From Candidatus Bathyarchaeia archaeon (lineage in GTDB: Archaea; Thermoproteota; Bathyarchaeia; Bathyarchaeales; Bathycorpusculaceae), in assembly GCA_049512075.1 (NCBI GenBank), contig JBEKXL010000003.1, positions 96,001-160,000 on the forward strand: DNA of 64,000 nt, in the 5' to 3' direction. The notes under the pieces were generated by a model. The model searched no databases, had not been told where the DNA came from, and saw only the letters and a list, made by a program, of their open reading frames with translations. This document shows, piece by piece, positions 1 through 9,433 of this stretch; the first letter of the stretch is position 1, and the number at the start of each line of letters is the position of its first letter. The position numbers were made by a program, and so were the translations under genes.

Positions 1-2973
1 CGTGGTAAAGTGTCCCATCGTGATAGCATTTGTTGGACAGGCCGTACCGCATGCGCCGCAGCCCTTGCACAGGGCTTCAATCACGTGTGCGATTGGTTTT
101 CCATCCTTGTCCTTCATTTCGACTGCACCGTATGGGCATAGATACTCACAGATTCTGCAGGCACTACATAAATCTTCGTCAACGTTTGCGATGATTCCTT
201 CCATCTCGAGCGTGTTTTTGGAGAGTATTGTTGCGGCCCTCGAAGCAGCTGCACACGCTTGCGCGATGCTTTCTTCGACGTACTTTGGCGAGTGAGCCAT
301 TCCACACAGGAAAACGCCGTCGGTTGCGAAATCCACTGGACGGAGTTTCATGTGTGCTTCCAGGAAGGAGCCATCCTTTGTCAGTGGCACCTTGAGCAGT
401 TCGGCTATATGCTTGTTCTCAGGGTTCGGAATCGTTGCCGCGCTCAAGACTACGAGGTCAGGCTCGATTTCGAGTTGTTGCTTCAGCACGGGTTCCCAGA
501 AAGCCATTTTGAGTTTGTTTCCCTCCTTGGTGAGTTCCGGCTTGCGTTCATCGTCATAGTTTATGAACGTGACCCCTTTCATTGCAGCGTCACGGTAGTA
601 GTCTTCCTTGAACCCGTAGGATCTGATGTCCTTGAACAACACGTACACTTCGGTCTGTGGGCTTACTTCCTTGATTTTCAAAGCGTTCTTGATGGCTTGT
701 CCACAGCATATTCTTGAGCAGTTGGGTCGCTCTTTTGTTCTTGCGCCGATACATTGGACCATGACCACGTTTTTGGCGTTGAATTCTCCTTTGGCAAGGT
801 CTTCTTCCAGCTCATGCTGTGTCACGACCCTCGGGTCTTTGTCATAGAAGTACTCGGTGGGTCTGTATTCCACCGCACCAGTGGCGACTACCACTATGCC
901 GTGCTGAATTTCCTTTTCGCTACCGTTCTGCTGGTGGATTTTTGACTTGAAGTTTCCCACGAAACCGTAGACGTCGGCAACTTCTGCTCCCGTGTAGACG
1001 TGTATCTTGTCATTCTTCATGACTTCGTTGACGATGGCATTTACTTTTTCTTTCGGGTCGCTTTTCTCTCCAAGTAGATAGTACATTGTGCGAAGATGAC
1101 CGCCCAATTCCTTTTCTTTTTCAACCAAATGCACTTCGAACCCTTGTTTTGCAAGCTCCAGAGCTGCCGTCATGCCGGAGACGCCGCCTCCTATGATGAG
1201 ACCGACCTGGGTGACGTTTATCACCGGTTTCTTCAAGGGTTTCAACAGTGCTGCTTTGGCAACTATTGACCTGACGAGGTCTTTGGCTTTTTCCGTGGCC
1301 TCTTTCGGCTCATGCATGTGTACCCAGCTGCACTGGTCTCGGATGTTCGTCATCTCAAACAGGTACGGGTTCAATCCAGCTTCCTGGACTGTTTCTTTGA
1401 AGAGCGGTTCGTGCGTCCTCGGCGTGCACGAAGCAACTATGACGCGGTTCAGTTTGTTCTGCTGGATTTCTTCGCGTATGAGCTTCTGTGTGTCCTGTGA
1501 GCAAGTGTAAACGTTTGCCTCTGCGTAGACCACATTTGGCAGGGTCTTTGCGTACTCCACGACTTGGGGTACGTTTACGACTCCGCCGATGTTGATCCCG
1601 CAGTGGCAGACGAAAACTCCGATGCGAGGCTCTTCTTTGCTCACGTCTCTTTCAGCAGGATACTCTCTTGCTACAACCTGTGTTCCTCTTGCGTCTGCGA
1701 TTATTCCCATGGCTCTTGCTGCTGCGCCGCTTGCTTGGGCTACGCTTTCAGGTATGTCTTTCGGTGCAGAGAAGGCGCCGCAGACGAAGATGCCCGGTTT
1801 AGAAGTGTCCATCGGAGAGAAGGTTTGTGTTTCGCAGAAGTTGTACTTGTTGAGCTTGATTCCCAGGTTTTTGGCCAGTTCTTCAACGCCCTTCGGGGGT
1901 TGCATTCCTATTGCCAGCACAACCATGTCGAACTCTTCCGTCTTTGGGTTTTCGTCTTGGACGTAATGGACGAAGAGGTTGCCCGTCAACGGGTCTTCAG
2001 TTACTCCGGCGACGCGTGATCTCGTGAATCTTATGCCATACTCTTCTTCAGCGCGGTTGCGGTAGGCGTCGAACTCTTTTCCGTACGAACGCATGTCCAT
2101 GTAGAAGATTGACGCGTCCATTTGGATGGGTGTGTGCTCTTTTGCTATGACGGCTTCTTTAATGCCGTACATGCAGCACGCCGCGGAACAGTAGTTGTTT
2201 CCGAGCTGGTAGTCTCTTGAGCCGACGCATTGGATAAAGGCCACCCTTTTCGGTATTTCACCGTCTGAAGGTCTTATGACGAGTCCGCCGTACGGGCCGG
2301 AGGCGCTCAGGATGCGTTCGAATTCGATGCTTGTGACGACGTTTTGGAAGCGTCCGTAGCCGTACTCGCTTTTGAGCCTTGCGTCGAAGGGTTCGAATCC
2401 TGGAGCGAGGATTATTGAGCCAACTTTCAGGGTTGTTTCGGTCTCTTTCTGGTCGTACTCGATTGCTCTTGCTTTGCAGATTTCGTAGCACGTTCCGCAT
2501 CCTATGCATTTTTCGCGGTCAATCTTGTACTTCAGTGGGACTGCCTGTGGATACTCCACGTAGACTGCGCCTCTGTTCGCTAGGCCTTCGTTAAACATGT
2601 CAACGGCTTCGATTGGACACTTCTGCGCGCAGATGCCGCAGCCGTTGCACTTGTCTTCGATTATGTAGCGGCTGTTTCTTCGAATCTTTACTTCGAAGTT
2701 TCCAGCTTCACCGTTCAATCCCGTGATGTCCGCGTTCGTCAGAATCGTGATGTTCGGGTGCCTTCCAGTTGCAACAAGCTTGGGTGACAGGATGCACATT
2801 GAACAGTCGTTTGTTGGAAATGTTTTGTCGAGCTGAGCCATCACTCCGCCTATGCTTGGTCCTTTGTCAACAAGGTACACTTTGAATCCGGAGTCGGCTA
2901 GGTCCAAGGATGCTTGTATGCCAGCGACTCCTCCGCCGACCACCATTACTGCTCCGATTTTTTGGTTTTTCAT
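1..2973 (-). CDS. hdrA: Large (two-FAD type) heterodisulfide reductase subunit A family protein, 3' end outside the window
   Basis: Manual translation from ATG at 2973: MKNQKIGAVMVVGGGVAGIQASLDLAD...DKTFPTNDCSMC, CVGSRD...YCSAACC, GVFVCHCGINI, ASCTPRTHEP, a second GGGVSG FAD motif and C-terminal CxxCxxC ferredoxin motifs. Absent from the ORF track because there is no stop in the window. Confidence 0.93.
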   Translation of the reverse strand, partial: MKNQKIGAVMVVGGGVAGIQASLDLADSGFKVYLVDKGPSIGGVMAQLDKTFPTNDCSMCILSPKLVATGRHPNITILTNADITGLNGEAGNFEVKIRRNSRYIIEDKCNGCGICAQKCPIEAVDMFNEGLANRGAVYVEYPQAVPLKYKIDREKCIGCGTCYEICKARAIEYDQKETETTLKVGSIILAPGFEPFDARLKSEYGYGRFQNVVTSIEFERILSASGPYGGLVIRPSDGEIPKRVAFIQCVGSRDYQLGNNYCSAACCMYGIKEAVIAKEHTPIQMDASIFYMDMRSYGKEFDAYRNRAEEEYGIRFTRSRVAGVTEDPLTGNLFVHYVQDENPKTEEFDMVVLAIGMQPPKGVEELAKNLGIKLNKYNFCETQTFSPMDTSKPGIFVCGAFSAPKDIPESVAQASGAAARAMGIIADARGTQVVAREYPAERDVSKEEPRIGVFVCHCGINIGGVVNVPQVVEYAKTLPNVVYAEANVYTCSQDTQKLIREEIQQNKLNRVIVASCTPRTHEPLFKETVQEAGLNPYLFEMTNIRDQCSWVHMHEPKEATEKAKDLVRSIVAKAALLKPLKKPVINVTQVGLIIGGGVSGMTAALELAKQGFEVHLVEKEKELGGHLRTMYYLLGEKSDPKEKVNAIVNEVMKNDKIHVYTGAEVADVYGFVGNFKSKIHQQNGSEKEIQHGIVVVATGAVEYRPTEYFYDKDPRVVTQHELEEDLAKGEFNAKNVVMVQCIGARTKERPNCSRICCGQAIKNALKIKEVSPQTEVYVLFKDIRSYGFKEDYYRDAAMKGVTFINYDDERKPELTKEGNKLKMAFWEPVLKQQLEIEPDLVVLSAATIPNPENKHIAELLKVPLTKDGSFLEAHMKLRPVDFATDGVFLCGMAHSPKYVEESIAQACAAASRAATILSKNTLEMEGIIANVDEDLCSACRICEYLCPYGAVEMKDKDGKPIAHVIEALCKGCGACGTACPTNAITMGHFTT

Positions 2974-2974
2974 T

Positions 2975-3736
2975 TTATTCAACCTCCAAAGCCTTGTAGA
3001 GAGGTGTCGTTCCCTCGATGCTGTCAAGAGCTATCATGTTTTTTCTGCGCATGTTCACTATCTGTTTGAGAACCGCCGCTGGCTTCATTTCGGTTACTTC
3101 TGCCAAGGCCTTGACTGAAAGCGGCTTGGTTTTTGTGAGAAGGTGAATCTTGTACCTGATGAATTCGTCTTCAACAACGTCATCCATCAATGTGTCGAAT
3201 TCTTCAGGTGTGAGTTTGTCACCGTAAACGTTCACGCCTTCGGTGAGTTCCTTCTCCCTGCCAAGCAAGACTCTCAGGCGAAACTCGCCGGCAGCGTTCT
3301 TGGCAGCTAGGAGATTCACAATAGGCATGGATTCGCGCTTTGCATTTTTCAGCTGGGAAGCTCCTAGTTTCTCTATTTCCTTGGAGAACTCTTTCGCTGA
3401 GCGCGTGAAACTCGTTTCTTCCAAGGGCGAGTACCAGAGCAGGCTTAGGCGTTCAGGTTCCAAGCCTGTCAATGCCAACAGCTTCTTCAGCATTTTTACG
3501 GCGCGTTCTGCTTGCAGGTTACCTTCAACGAAGTGGCAGTCTGGCGGTTTGCATCCTGCCAGCATCACGGCATCGGCGCCTTTCTCGAATATTTCGAGAA
3601 CAACGGTCGGGTCTATTTCTCCGATGCAGTTTACGCGTGCCACGTTAATGTTGGATGGTACTGGGTTTTCGCTCCTGCAGAAGGCGAAGTTGCACATCAA
3701 ACAAACAATTCTGGGTTCTTTGTCCGTCATTCTCAT
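2975..3736 (-). CDS. mvhD: MvhD-like [2Fe-2S] subunit with C-terminal winged-helix-like extension
   Basis: RVNCIGEIDP, GADAVMLAGCKPPDCHFVEGN and GLEPERL motifs; directly upstream of hdrA; start may be MTDKEP at 3730. Confidence 0.8.
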   Translation of the reverse strand: MRMTDKEPRIVCLMCNFAFCRSENPVPSNINVARVNCIGEIDPTVVLEIFEKGADAVMLAGCKPPDCHFVEGNLQAERAVKMLKKLLALTGLEPERLSLLWYSPLEETSFTRSAKEFSKEIEKLGASQLKNAKRESMPIVNLLAAKNAAGEFRLRVLLGREKELTEGVNVYGDKLTPEEFDTLMDDVVEDEFIRYKIHLLTKTKPLSVKALAEVTEMKPAAVLKQIVNMRRKNMIALDSIEGTTPLYKALEVE

Positions 3737-5455
3737 CTACTCCTTGGGGGTTGGTATGGCAAAGTTTAGTATGTGCTCGTTGGTTATTTTCTTCATCGTT
3801 ATCGCCCTTACTGGGCATCTTGCTGCACAGAGTCCACATCCCTTGCACAGATCCTCGTTTATTCGTGCGATGTTGTTCTCGTCCTTTTCAGCTGCTCCGA
3901 ATGGACAGACGATGGCGCACACGTTGCAGCCTATACAGAGAGCTTCGTCGACGGCGGCCTTGTCGCCCTCGCATAGATCTGTGGTTCCGAGGCATTCTGC
4001 GCAGGGTCCGCAACCTAGGCAACGGCAAGCTTCAAACTTGGCGTCTCTCTCCAGTTTTTCCACGTAGTCTTGCACCTCTTCGAAAGCGGTATGGGATTTC
4101 TCTGAGAGAGGGTTGTACCGACGTTCTTTCTTCTTTATCTGTTTCGGGTTTTTGGCCCATGTTGCTTCTTCGATGTTCTCTTCTCTTCCCTTGTGGATGT
4201 CTTGTCCGCTCAGGTGTAGGTGAATTGACGCGGCTGCTCGTTTTCCCTGTCCCACGGCTTCGATTATGCTTGCGGGTCCAGTGGTTATGTCGCCGCCTGC
4301 GAAGACTCCTGGAATTTTGGTCTCGAGTGTTAATGGGTCTGTCGTTATCGTTGGAATCTTTGCTTTCTCATCCTGCAGGGGCTTCGGGATGCACTTACTT
4401 TCTGCTAGCTGGCCCAGGGCGGGGATGACCATGTCCACTTCGTACTTGTGCTCAGAACCGGGCATCGGCACTGGACGCCTCCTGCCGCTTTCGTCAGGCT
4501 CACCCAGCTTCATTCGCAAACATTCGAGGGCCACGACTTTGCCGTTTTCGCCGATAATCTGTTTTGGTGCAACTAGAATCTCTATTTTGACGCCGTCCTT
4601 TTCGGCTTCTTCCACTTCGCTCGGTAAGGCGGGCATTTCCTCTCGGGAACGTCTGTACAGAAGGGTGACTTCTCTTGCACCCAATCTTTTGGCTGTTCTG
4701 GCAGCGTCAATTGCGCTGTTCCCACCGCCGACCACAGCTACTCTCTGTCCGACTTCCACTTTTTTTCCAAGGGCTATGTCTCTTAGGAAGTCAACGGCGT
4801 TCACGACGCCCTTCAGGTCTTCACCCGGAACGCTAAGCATCATTCCTTGCTGGGTGCCGATAGCCAGAAAAATAGCCTTGCAGCCTTCCTCCTGCAGGCT
4901 TTCAATCGTGATGTCCTTTCCAAATTCAACGCCTGTTCTGATTTCCACGCCCAGGTCTTTGATGTAGTTTGCTTCGTTTTCCACGACGAATTTCTCAAGG
5001 CGGAAATCAGGTATACAGTAGCGCATCATGCCTCCAGGCTCGGCCATGCGTTCATAAACTGTCACGGGGTAACCGAGTTTTGCGAGTTCGTATGCCGCGG
5101 TTAGGCCTGCGGGACCCGCTCCGATGATAGCGACTTTCTCTGCGTGTCTCTTGGGTATGGGTTTGGGTTTGACCTTTCTCTGTTGGCGTTCGATGTCGGC
5201 GACGAACTTCTTCAATGCGCGTATGGCTACAGCCTGGTCCACATCAGTTCTTGCGCATGCGTCCTCACATGGACTGAAGCACACTCTTCCGCAGATTGCT
5301 GGGAAGGGCATGTCGTTTCGAATGATGTCAACTGCTTCCTTGTACTTTCCTCTTTGAATTAGAGAAACGTATGCTTGAACGTTAACGTGTGCTGGACATG
5401 CAAATCGGCATGGCGGGAGCTTTCTTTTCACGGTTGTCACAGTCTCAGTTGTCAT
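3737..5455 (-). CDS. GltD/NfnB-like FAD/NAD(P)H oxidoreductase with C-terminal 4Fe-4S domain
   Basis: PPCRFACP, CGRVCFSPCE, IIGAGPAG, VGGGNSAID, FAGGD, and C-terminal CxxCxxCxxxC motifs. Confidence 0.88.
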   Translation of the reverse strand: MTTETVTTVKRKLPPCRFACPAHVNVQAYVSLIQRGKYKEAVDIIRNDMPFPAICGRVCFSPCEDACARTDVDQAVAIRALKKFVADIERQQRKVKPKPIPKRHAEKVAIIGAGPAGLTAAYELAKLGYPVTVYERMAEPGGMMRYCIPDFRLEKFVVENEANYIKDLGVEIRTGVEFGKDITIESLQEEGCKAIFLAIGTQQGMMLSVPGEDLKGVVNAVDFLRDIALGKKVEVGQRVAVVGGGNSAIDAARTAKRLGAREVTLLYRRSREEMPALPSEVEEAEKDGVKIEILVAPKQIIGENGKVVALECLRMKLGEPDESGRRRPVPMPGSEHKYEVDMVIPALGQLAESKCIPKPLQDEKAKIPTITTDPLTLETKIPGVFAGGDITTGPASIIEAVGQGKRAAASIHLHLSGQDIHKGREENIEEATWAKNPKQIKKKERRYNPLSEKSHTAFEEVQDYVEKLERDAKFEACRCLGCGPCAECLGTTDLCEGDKAAVDEALCIGCNVCAIVCPFGAAEKDENNIARINEDLCKGCGLCAARCPVRAITMKKITNEHILNFAIPTPKE

Positions 5456-5516
5456 TCTCGAACCTCGCTTCACTCATCAAGTATTGTTTCCAAAGCGAAC
5501 TTATTAAATCGCCTAA

Positions 5517-5539
5517 GCCACCCTTGGCATATGGGTGGC
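5517..5539. promoter_or_regulatory. Inverted repeat GCCACCC-N9-GGGTGGC upstream of the hdr-operon TATA-like box (operator or terminator)
   Basis: Perfect 7-bp arms at 5517-5523 and 5533-5539; TTTAATAA (minus strand) at 5501-5508. Confidence 0.4.
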
Positions 5540-5583
5540 ATAAATCGAGATCGCAGGCTTGATACGTCGTATTAGAATCTTGT

Positions 5584-6174
5584 TTATTCACGTGATCTTT
5601 CCTCCAGTTTGTCAACCCATTTGTTGTATTCGCGCGCGCCCATCAGGCTGTCAAGCTCTTGCTTCATGGTCAAGGAGTTGTTCGGTTTGATTTCCGCGAT
5701 CCATCCTTGTCCGTATGGGTCTTCGTTGACCATGGTGGGTTTTTCTCTGAGTTTTTCGTTGATTTTGGCTATTTGGCCGCTGACTGGTGAGTAGAGGTCA
5801 AACAGCAGCATCCATGTTTCGGCGACTCCGAACGGTTCCATTTTGTTGAGTTCTTTTCCAACTGGCTCTGTGCGAACTTGAGCCAGACCTCTCAGTCGCT
5901 TCTGTGCATAGTCAGATATGCCGACGCGTACGTTTCCATCTGTTGTCGTTTGAGCCCAGGTGTGTTTCGGCGTGTATAGCAATTGGTCGGGTGCGGAAGG
6001 CGTTTCCTGAGTCTTGCCCGTTGAGAATCCCTCTGCGCGCGCGAGTTCCTCCAGACGTAGGCGGATAGCCTCTGAAACAAATTCCGATATGCTTCGGTAA
6101 CGGCCTGTTTTGATGACCTTTTCGATTTCTTTTATGAGCTCCTGTCTGATGCTAATCGTCTTCCACTCAGACAT
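5584..6174 (-). CDS. Ribbon-helix-helix domain fused to a glycine cleavage H-protein-like domain lacking the lipoyl Lys
   Basis: N-term WKTISI...YRSISEFVSEAIR (RHH/CopG). C-term YTPKHTW...VGISDYAQ...DLYSPVSG...VNEDPYGQGW (GcvH fold), with AETWM in place of AESVK. Confidence 0.85.
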   Translation of the reverse strand: MSEWKTISIRQELIKEIEKVIKTGRYRSISEFVSEAIRLRLEELARAEGFSTGKTQETPSAPDQLLYTPKHTWAQTTTDGNVRVGISDYAQKRLRGLAQVRTEPVGKELNKMEPFGVAETWMLLFDLYSPVSGQIAKINEKLREKPTMVNEDPYGQGWIAEIKPNNSLTMKQELDSLMGAREYNKWVDKLEERSRE

Positions 6175-6398
6175 TCACAGGCCTTCCTTCCCTCGGTTTT
6201 GAGTTAGATGTGCTTCAAGTTTGAGTTATTTAGAGTTTTCCTTGACCGTCTAGGAAATAATCCATTGCCTGAACATAAATCAAAACAAGTAGACTGGGCG
6301 CTTCCAATCTAGAATGCGGGTCAAAACTGGCCCGATTCTCTCTGATGCTTCGAAAGCCTCGCCAGTTGGGTCTCATTAGAACCACTGAAGGAGGTAGG

Positions 6399-9200
6399 TT
6401 AACTCGGCATCGCTTCTGCTTCTTTCTGTTCTTTTGGTTCCAATTGCGTTCGTATCTGGTTCGAGGCCTGTTTTTCCTTGACCGTTTTTGGCTCTGCGCA
6501 TCTAGCTTCTTCTTCTCTGATGCTGAGCATTCCTTTCACGGTTCCGTCATCCATGTATTTGACGGCGAAGCCCATTTTCTTCATGAGACCCATCGCCCTA
6601 TAGTTGTCAGCAAGCATTATGGCATAGATCGTTTCGAGCTTCATGTCAGCGCAGATTTCAAGCACATAATCTACGAGTTTCGTGCCGAGTCCTAGACCTT
6701 GCCAAGGGTCGGCGACTATGAAGGCGATTTCACCTGTTCTTCCGTCAGGTTCTATGCTCACTCGGGCTACGCCGAGGATTCTTTTTCGTCCTTCTTCCGT
6801 CAGTTCTGCGACTATGGCTATTTCTCGGTCGTAGTCTATGTTGCAGTAGCGGACTCTGGTTTCGTGCGGTGTGTCCTTGAGTACCTGGAAGAACCTATAG
6901 CGTATTGATTCTTCTGAGAAGTTCTGGAACATTTCTAGCCATAGTGGTTCGTCTTCGGGCTTTATCGGCCTCAGTATGACCGTCCTCCCGTCTCTTAATC
7001 TCCACATGGTCTCGTATTTTGTCGGATACGGCGTGACGATGAGATGCTGGTGAGGCTCAAACTTTGTAAATACCTTTGAGGGGTCTATCACGATGCGCGC
7101 GTCGAAGGCGAAGGCTTCTTTTTCATTTATGAAAAGCGGGTTGATGTCAACCTCTTTGAGCTGCGGAAAATCAACGAGCATTTGGCTGAAGCGGACCATT
7201 ATTTCTTCCAGCAGTTTGATGTTCGCGGGAGGGAAATTTCGATATCCTTTCAGAAGTTGATACATCTTCGTTTCTTCCATCATTCTTCTGACAAGAGTCT
7301 GGTTCAGCGGTGGGATTCCTATTGCGAAGTCCTTAAACAGCCCAACTCCAACTCCACCCATCCCGAAGAGTATGACCGGGCCGAAGAGCGGGTCTGCTTT
7401 CGCCCCGATGATTACCTCGTAGCCCTGCCTCTTTATCATGGGCTGAACGGTCACGCCCAGAATCTCAGCGTCCGGATCGTGTTCCTTTGCCTTCTGCGTT
7501 ATGCGTTTGAACGCCTCTCGCGCTTCGGCCTCGCTTGTTATGTCAAGCACGACGCCGCCTACGTCGCTTTTGTGAGTTATTTGAGGAGACAGAACCTTCA
7601 TCACGACCGGATATCCCAGCTGCGAAGCCAGTAGAGCCGCTTCGTTTTCAGTCTGAGCAGTCTTCGTTTTCACAACTGGGAAGTTGTAGTACTCCAAGAA
7701 TGTTTTGGCTTCAACTTCGGTGAGTATTTCACGGTTCTCAGTCGCAACGTTTCTCAACACGGTCAAGAGTGGTCGTCTTGGCGGCACAACGTCTACTGGA
7801 AGTTCTTCCGGTGTTTCATAAAGCAATTCAAGGTTGCGCTTGTACTGGTACATGTATTGGTACGTCTTGATTGCCTGCTCGGGTGTGGAGTATGTCGGAA
7901 TGTTGTTATCTATGAATATACGGTTAGCTTCTTCCACCGCTCCATAACCCATGAAAGAAGTCAATATTGTCTTGTTTTGATAAGTTCGGCTTCTTATCAG
8001 CTCTGCGAGACTCTTGGCCACTTCCACAGGTTCTACCACGGCTTGGGCAGTGTATATTATCACTATTCCATCCACATTATCATCGTTTAGACAAGCCTCA
8101 ACAACCGCCCTGTACCTGTCGGCCTTGGCGTCTCCGAGGATGTCAATCGGGTTTCCCCTGCTCCAGAAATGAGGCAGAACACTGTTGAGAACCTCCATCG
8201 TCTTGTCGCTGAGCTTCGCAAGCGTTCCTCCCTGAGCGATTAGAGAGTCGGTTGCCATGACGCCCGGCCCGCCGGCGTTGGTGATTATGGCAAGGTTGGG
8301 GCCTCGAGGTATAGGCTGCATGCCTAGCACTGCGGCACAGTTGAAAAGGTCCGCGATTTCTTCCACTCTAACCATGCCCGCCCGTTTGAACGCCTTGTCG
8401 TAAATCATGTCTTCGCCCGTCAGCGAACCAGTGTGCGAAGCAGCGGCTTTCGCGCTTTCGCTGAACTTGCCAGCCTTCACCACGATTATCGGTTTAGTTC
8501 GGGCAAAGTGTCTCGCGGCGCTCATGAACTTTCTGGCGTCGGTGATTCCTTCAATGTACATGAGGATGCTCTTCGTCTTCGGATCAGTGCCGAAATAGTC
8601 CATGAGGTCACCGAAGTCCACGTCGATCATCGAGCCCAACGACACGAAGTTGCTGAACCCTATGTTTTCATGCATCGCCCAGTCAAGGATTGCCGTGCCC
8701 AAGGCGCCGCTCTGAGAGATGAACGCTATGTTGCCCGGCTTCGGCATCTTGCTGATGAACGTCGCGTTCAAGTGCATAATTGGACGAATCACACCTAGAC
8801 AGTTCGGTCCAACGATTCGCATGTTATATTTCTTCTTGATTTCGGTTATTCTCTCTTCCAGTGCTCTGCCCTCAGGCCCGATTTCTTTGAAGCCCGCTGA
8901 GATTACGATAATGCCGTCTATACCGGCTCTTCCACACTGTTCGAGGACATCGGGCACAGTTCTCGCCGGTGTGGCTATCACGGCAAGATCCACGGGTTCA
9001 GGAACCTGTTCGACGTTTGCATAAGCCTTCAAGCCCAGAACCTCGGTTTTCTTGAGATTGACAGGAAAAACATGCCCCCCGAACCCTGACTCTGTGAAAT
9101 TCTTCATCAAAGCATAGCCGACTGAACCCTCTTCATCGCTTGCCCCAATAACCGCCACGCTTTTCGGGTTGAAAATCTTGTCAAGATTCAAGGTAACCAA
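6399..9200 (-). CDS. NDP-forming acyl-CoA ligase alpha/beta + C-terminal GNAT fusion (Pat/YfiQ-type protein acetyltransferase)
   Basis: VIGAS, GPNCLG, SQSGA, SHTGSL, TNAGGPG, ITHKSDVGGV, DINP, then GNAT LRDG...RPIKPED...WQGLGLG. Confidence 0.9.
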   Translation of the reverse strand: MVTLNLDKIFNPKSVAVIGASDEEGSVGYALMKNFTESGFGGHVFPVNLKKTEVLGLKAYANVEQVPEPVDLAVIATPARTVPDVLEQCGRAGIDGIIVISAGFKEIGPEGRALEERITEIKKKYNMRIVGPNCLGVIRPIMHLNATFISKMPKPGNIAFISQSGALGTAILDWAMHENIGFSNFVSLGSMIDVDFGDLMDYFGTDPKTKSILMYIEGITDARKFMSAARHFARTKPIIVVKAGKFSESAKAAASHTGSLTGEDMIYDKAFKRAGMVRVEEIADLFNCAAVLGMQPIPRGPNLAIITNAGGPGVMATDSLIAQGGTLAKLSDKTMEVLNSVLPHFWSRGNPIDILGDAKADRYRAVVEACLNDDNVDGIVIIYTAQAVVEPVEVAKSLAELIRSRTYQNKTILTSFMGYGAVEEANRIFIDNNIPTYSTPEQAIKTYQYMYQYKRNLELLYETPEELPVDVVPPRRPLLTVLRNVATENREILTEVEAKTFLEYYNFPVVKTKTAQTENEAALLASQLGYPVVMKVLSPQITHKSDVGGVVLDITSEAEAREAFKRITQKAKEHDPDAEILGVTVQPMIKRQGYEVIIGAKADPLFGPVILFGMGGVGVGLFKDFAIGIPPLNQTLVRRMMEETKMYQLLKGYRNFPPANIKLLEEIMVRFSQMLVDFPQLKEVDINPLFINEKEAFAFDARIVIDPSKVFTKFEPHQHLIVTPYPTKYETMWRLRDGRTVILRPIKPEDEPLWLEMFQNFSEESIRYRFFQVLKDTPHETRVRYCNIDYDREIAIVAELTEEGRKRILGVARVSIEPDGRTGEIAFIVADPWQGLGLGTKLVDYVLEICADMKLETIYAIMLADNYRAMGLMKKMGFAVKYMDDGTVKGMLSIREEEARCAEPKTVKEKQASNQIRTQLEPKEQKEAEAMPS

Positions 9201-9433
9201 GACTGTAACCTTCCCAGAGTACGTGTTGAGCTGGATTAAGAAATTAGAGCTTTATTAAACATGAAATACACCTGAGTATTACACCCCATTATCCATCAAC
9301 TGAAGAAGCTTATCGACATGGCTAGATAAAAAGTTTAGGAAGCCTTGATACGTTTCTAGATGTGTCGAAAGTGCAGAACAGAAATTCATGTGTATGCCAA
9401 TTTCTTTTATATGAGTTCTGAATAGCGTTCATT

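Noticed and set aside
2389-2401. GGTTCGAATCC tRNA T-loop-like motif
   Set aside because: Lies inside hdrA (GFEP codons); no cloverleaf.
1-3736. Selenocysteine recoding in HdrA/MvhD
   Set aside because: Frames are open with no in-frame TGA.
2-9024. Numerous + strand ORFs over hdrA, gltD-like and pat
   Set aside because: Antisense shadows of well-supported genes, with no motifs.
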